Source: Octopus vulgaris
Lineage: Eukaryota
DNA length: 64,000 nucleotides
Assembly: GCA_951406725.2 (NCBI GenBank)
Contig: OX597820.1
Coordinates: 60,946,001 to 61,010,000 of the forward strand
Direction of reading: 5' to 3'
The position numbers and the translations under genes were made by a program. The notes under the pieces were generated by a model, which saw only the letters and a list, made by a program, of their open reading frames with translations, did not search any database and was not told where the DNA came from. Shown in pieces: positions 58,050 through 64,000 of the stretch; position 1 is the first letter of the stretch, and each line of letters begins with the position of its first letter.

Positions 58050-58239
58050 ATATATTCTTTTATTTGTTTCAATCATTTGACTACGGCTATGCTGGACCAC
58101 TGTCTTTGGTCGAACAAATTGACCCCAGAAATTATTCTTTGTAAGCTTAGTACTTATTCTATCGGTTTCTTTTGCCGAACCACAAAGTTACGCAGACGTA
58201 AATACACCAACATCGATTGTATATGTGTGTGTGTGTGTG

Positions 58240-58320
<81 letters not shown>

Positions 58321-58470
58321 TACATACATGACGGGTTTCTTTCAGTTTCCGTCTACCAAATCCGCTCACAAATCTTTGGTTGACCCGAGGCTAAAGTAGA
58401 AGACACTTGCCCAATATGCCACGCAGTGGGACTTAACCCAGAATCATTTGGCTGGTAAGCAAACTACTCC
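58050..58470 (-). mobile_element. SINE family A
   Basis: Reverse-complement match to 26696-27100. Confidence 0.8.
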
Positions 58471-58597
58471 TAGTTTTTTGCTCCCCTATATTTATCCCTA
58501 TATATATTGACATGTAAATATGTATGTATTTATATTTATTTATATATATATATATATATATTCATATTTATACATACATACATACATGCATACATAC

Positions 58598-58651
<54 letters not shown>

Positions 58652-59235
58652 GTGAAAAAATTGAAAATCACACATGCATACACAAATATATGCCCGTGCA
58701 TTTTAATGTGCGTGTGGGTGGGGAGATGTTTGCATGATTTCATTTTATGAATGAATAGAGTAACATCTGTGTAACGAATTGCAATATGTTACTTAACCAC
58801 TTGAAACTCAAGTACCAATAGCATTAAAAATATCAGCTTTTGGTTTGTGAATATTTCAATATTAAACCATTCATGTTGATAGCTATCTAATCTTTCTCTA
58901 CTTGGGCGTTAGGGTTACAATGCAACACCTGTACCGGGGTGAGTGGAAAGTTCATCTGAGCGTGAGTTGAAAATATCTAATATAATGTGCAGCATTATTC
59001 TACTAATTTTATATGTCTGTACGTGCGTACGTATGCATGTATGTATGTATGTATGTATGTATGTATGTATGTATGTATGTATGTATGTATGTATGTATGT
59101 ATGTATGTATGTATGTATGTATGTATGTATGTATGTATGTATGTATGTATGTATGTATGTATGTATGTATGTACGTATGTATGTGTGCATGTAGGTGTGT
59201 ATGTATGTATACGGCTGAACGGATCTGTGTACATA

Positions 59236-59275
<40 letters not shown>

Positions 59276-59311
59276 AATACATGCTCGTATTAATATATAT
59301 ATATATATACG

Positions 59312-59722
59312 AGGAGTAGGAGTGGCTGTGTGGTAAGTAGCTTGCTTACGAACCACATGGTTCCGAGTTCAGTCTCGCTGAGTGGCACCTTGGGTAAGTG
59401 TCGGGTCGACCAAAGTCTTGTGAGTGGATTTGGTAGGCGGAAACTGAAAGAAGCCCGTCGTATATATGTATATATATATATGTGTGCGTGTGTGTGTGTA
59501 TATGGTTGTTTGTGTGCCTGTGTTTGTCTCCCTAACATCGCTTGACAACCGATGGTGGTGTGTTTACGTCCCCGTTACTTAGTGGTTCGGCAAAAGAGAC
59601 CGATAGAATAAGTACTAGGCATCCAAAGAATAAGTTCTGGGGTCGATTTGCTCGACTAAAGGCGGTGCTTCAGCATGGCCACAGTCAAATGACTGAAACA
59701 TGTAAAAGTATAAAAGTGTAAA
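59312..59722 (+). mobile_element. SINE family A
   Basis: Head GGAGTGGCTGTGTGGTAAGTAGC and tail GGCGGTGCTTCAGCATGGCC...GTAAAAG. Confidence 0.85.
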
Positions 59723-59731
59723 GTGTGTGTG

Positions 59732-59783
<52 letters not shown>

Positions 59784-62001
59784 CATACATAATTACACAT
59801 ACTCCATGCATGTATACATGTGTGCATGTGTCTATGTATATATGCATATATATACATACATAGACATACATAGACATACACATTACATATAAGTATATGT
59901 ACATTCGTGTAAATGGTCCTATTTTCGAAGAACAACGGATACTATTCTTCTCTTGGTTGTAGAATATATTTGTAATGCCTAATCACTATTTCTAATTTTC
60001 TGAAGCATTAGAATTACTTTTTTGGAATTAATCTCTTCTTTAATAATACCCGCTTTCCTTATTTCGGTGGATTCAACAAATTGCTTTGTAGATTGGCAGA
60101 GAAAATGTCTTGCGATATTTCATTATAGGCCTATACATCGCAGTTTTAATCCTCGTAGAGGGTTAATATTTGTTTTGTTTGTTTTTTTTATATTTTTGGC
60201 GTCAGTAAATCATTACCAGTCAAGTTTTGGGCTCATAAACCGAGTTTATCCCTCCCACTAAATACCTGTCTTTGTGCCTATGTAAGAAATGAGTTTTAAC
60301 TAGATTTGAACTTAGTAAAGAAAGCTGTATTTACTTCTATATTCAAATCCTGCCAGATACCCCCCCCCCCATGAACACTTTTGGTGTTGATAAAAGAAAG
60401 TACTAGTGAAGTACTAGAGTCGATTCAATCCACTGTTAACCACCCCTCTGAAATGTTATAGCCCTGTATATCAATGTATCAAAGTTAGGAAGTAACATCA
60501 TCCATTCTGATTAAACAATAATGCTATATCTGGCGTCAGAGTTGTGATGTGGTGCAATGAGGAGAAGTGTGAAACAGTAGTATACTGTGATAAATGATGG
60601 TTAGTATTACAAAACCTTCTTCTATGTCGTAAGTGTAAGTCCAATCAGGGTGGGAGAGGTCGACTTTTATTGAACTGTTTGTATGAAAACACAGCTACAA
60701 AATATAAAAGGTTGTTCTCAATGTAACCACACACTTTGGAAGAAACTCTAGCATATTTGTTCCTTATTGCCTGTTCTATTCTGTTCTTTTATTAACGTCC
60801 ATTTTCTCTTGGCATCGTTCAACTTACCAATTTATCTTGTACAATGATACAATGATACAGAATTATCGATTCTAAACTAGACTTTCCAAAGTTCGAAATC
60901 TAACGTAAACACAGCCGTGCGTGCATACACACACAAACACATGTACACATATACATGCATTCATACGTTCATAGACATCCACAAGCGCATACATACACGC
61001 ACAGACACACACACACACACACACATGCACATATGCATACACGCACAAACGCACATTTTTCTTTACACATACATGTTCTCTTTCCTCTCTCTTACTCCCT
61101 CTCTCTGTTTCCGTCTCTCTGTCTTTATCTTTCTTTCTTACTCCCTCTCTCTCTCTCTCTCTCTCTCGTCTTTAATTTCTTTCTAATTTCCTACTCTCTT
61201 GTTATCCACATTCTTCTCTCTACCACACATTCCTAATCAAACCCGCATACGTATTTAAAAAGTTGACAATGACACACAAACACGCAAACACGCACATGTT
61301 CAAACGCACATACGGACAAAGACACGCACACACACATACACACACACACACACACGCACACACACTTTCTTTCACACAGACACACACACATGCTCTCTCA
61401 AAAATACACACACACTCATACATACATACATGCATACATACATACATACATACATACATACATACATACATACATACATACATACATACATACATACACA
61501 CACTTTAGTTTGCAGGTGTACAAGGAATAAGAATAAAGCCGAGTACTGCCAGACGACGAAAGCAGAAAGGGCAACGAAGCAGCCAGCCTGACTAGTGCAC
61601 AGCACACTCTGTCGACTGCAATCGATTAATCATTCCTGTACACTTTGCAAGGGTTATTATGGCAGCAGTTTGACTCTGCTACCAGTATATACGGACACCA
61701 AAACTCTTCTTCCGACTAGTCATTGTTCAGCACTTGTCTCATTCTGATAGGAAAGGGCAGTGCAGGTAACTTATAGACATTTATTTTCCATACGGCTGCC
61801 TGTCTTCCTCTCTGTGAGATCAATGTATTATCACACATAGTTGGAAATATTTGCCATAGCTTCATTCATTCATTGTGTATGCTATCTTATCTTTTTCTCG
61901 TGAAAATGCAGTTCCCTTTTTTTCTTTTTATGAGCACCGGTTTAAGAAACTGAATAAAAAAAATATATATTACAAAATTTATATTCGGCAATCATGTATT
62001 T

Positions 62002-62077
<76 letters not shown>

Positions 62078-62176
62078 TATTAATTCATCAATGCTTATAT
62101 ATTTCAGTGTCTTCACCATTTTCAATTTCAGTGGGTTTGCGTTGTTTTATTTCTCACATATATGTGTATGTATGAC

Positions 62177-62219
<43 letters not shown>

Positions 62220-62369
62220 AGAGAGTGAGAGAGAGAGAGACAGAGAGACAGACGCATACATATATATGCATGTGTGTGTGCGTGTATGTATGTATGTATG
62301 TATGTGCATATATATATCACAAACTCACACACACATACACAGCACATATATAAATATGTATATACATAC

Positions 62370-62422
<53 letters not shown>

Positions 62423-62451
62423 TCTATATACATATATATATATATGTATAT

Positions 62452-62546
<95 letters not shown>

Positions 62547-62549
62547 TTA

Positions 62550-62851
62550 GGCGCAGAACTGGCAGTATGGTAATTAACTTGCTCACCAACCACGTCGTTC
62601 CGGGATCAGTCACACTACATGGCACCTTGGGTAAATGTCTTCTACTCGTGCCGACCAAAGACGGAAACTGAAAGAAGCCCGTCGTATATGTATGTGTGTG
62701 TGCCTGTGTCTGCGTTTGTCTCCTCACCATCGCTTGACAACTGATGCTGGTGCGTTTACATCCCTGTAACTTAGCGGTTTGGCAAAAGACACAGATAGAA
62801 TAAGTAGGCTTACAAAGAATAAATCCTGAAACAAGTAAAAGAATAAAAGAA
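62550..62851 (+). mobile_element. SINE family A (deleted)
   Basis: GGCGCAGAACTGGCAGTATGGTAA head and GAAACAAGTAAAAGAATAAAAGA tail. Confidence 0.75.
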
Positions 62852-63075
62852 TATATATATGGCTTCGCACAAAATACGTTGTGTCCCTTAGTATTTATTC
62901 AGAAATTGAAATCCCGCCCCTGTTCAGTTTGATCTCGGCAATTCCGAGTTCGATAAAATTAGCACCAGTTGATAAGATAGCTGAGTTTATATATATACAT
63001 ACATACATACATACATACATACATACATACATACATAAATACATACATACATACATACATACATACATACATACA

Positions 63076-63107
<32 letters not shown>

Positions 63108-63634
63108 AATATATATGGAGAAATTATACAAAATGTATAAGTGGATGATGAGTAAAGCACCAGCACAGCTTCGATTACCTGTAATTATCTGTAGATTGCA
63201 GGAACTTCATAACAGTATTAATTAATTGAGATAGCAGTATTAATAAAATTGACAGAAAAGAAAGATTTTATATGTATGTGTGTGTGTTTGTGATCATGCT
63301 CCAGCATGACCACAGTTATATAACTGGAATCCCTAAAAAGAATAAAGGGGAAACATTATTCACATCACAAATAGACTCCTCTCTGCTAATCCTAGGCACT
63401 GATTTTCCTTCTCACTTAAACCAAGAAAGAAAAAGAAAATTAGAAGCCAGCAAGTATTGCAGAGGATGTGTGTGTGTAAGAGGTTAATTGATAAAAGCCC
63501 TACAAACATTCAAAGAACCATTACATCGTCTGAAAATACCTTGGGGACCTCAGGACTTGATTGCTATCGACTAAACCCGTCCCCTAAAAAACTGCTGACC
63601 TTATTCCTAATTTAAAAGCCATTATTATTTTTTT

Positions 63635-63726
<92 letters not shown>
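63635..63726. repeat. (GAT)n/(ATC)n self-complementary microsatellite
   Basis: The ATG repeats switch to ATC repeats at GATC 63685-63688. Confidence 0.9.
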
Positions 63727-63774
63727 GAAAAACCTAAACCTTGTGTATAATACGCACTCCTTCTCTACTTGAGT

Positions 63775-64000
63775 CGTGTGTAATTAAGCCAGCAACATCT
63801 AGTCGAACAAACACTTCCGCGCATGCGTAATGCAATAGTGGTGATGTTCTTAACTGTTATATGAGAATGTAAATATGTTTGCAAATTGTTTTTGTTAGAT
63901 GTTATTCTGTGTTCTGAATACTTTTATTTTAATAAATGTTGCTTACTGCAAGTTATAGATGATTCTTTTATGACTTCATTGCTTTTAGGCTTAGCTTAAG
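63775..64000 (-). mobile_element. Second copy of the pogo-type element (runs off window)
   Basis: Reverse complement of ~35997-36222 (GTAATTAAGCCAG...CGCGCATGCGTAATGCAAT...GGCTTAGCTTAAG). Confidence 0.85.

Overview
AT-rich, microsatellite-saturated animal genomic DNA. The SINE, LINE and microsatellite landscape suggests an octopod cephalopod, which is an inference. The only host gene I can support is the first coding exon of the ParaHox gene Xlox/Pdx (5298-6564, +). It carries the PPPACIY motif and the FPWMK-TTKSHAHQWKAGW hexapeptide region, and ends at a phase-1 GT donor. I found no homeobox exon in the remaining ~57 kb, so that stretch is most likely one giant intron. It is packed with tRNA-derived SINEs, CR1-like, RTE and R4-like LINE pieces, Tc1/mariner and pogo relics and Penelope-like debris. 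The most striking hidden signal is a dispersed set of minimal type-I hammerhead ribozyme motifs (CTGANGA...GAAA-palindrome-TH) from several unrelated repeat families. Most have their own (near-)palindromic stem III, and one family carries a non-canonical CUGUNGA core. There is also a ~99%-identical inverted repeat with 960-bp arms, several smaller fold-back duplications, and two independent antisense SINE-in-SINE insertions. Almost all other ORFs in the track are microsatellite artefacts.
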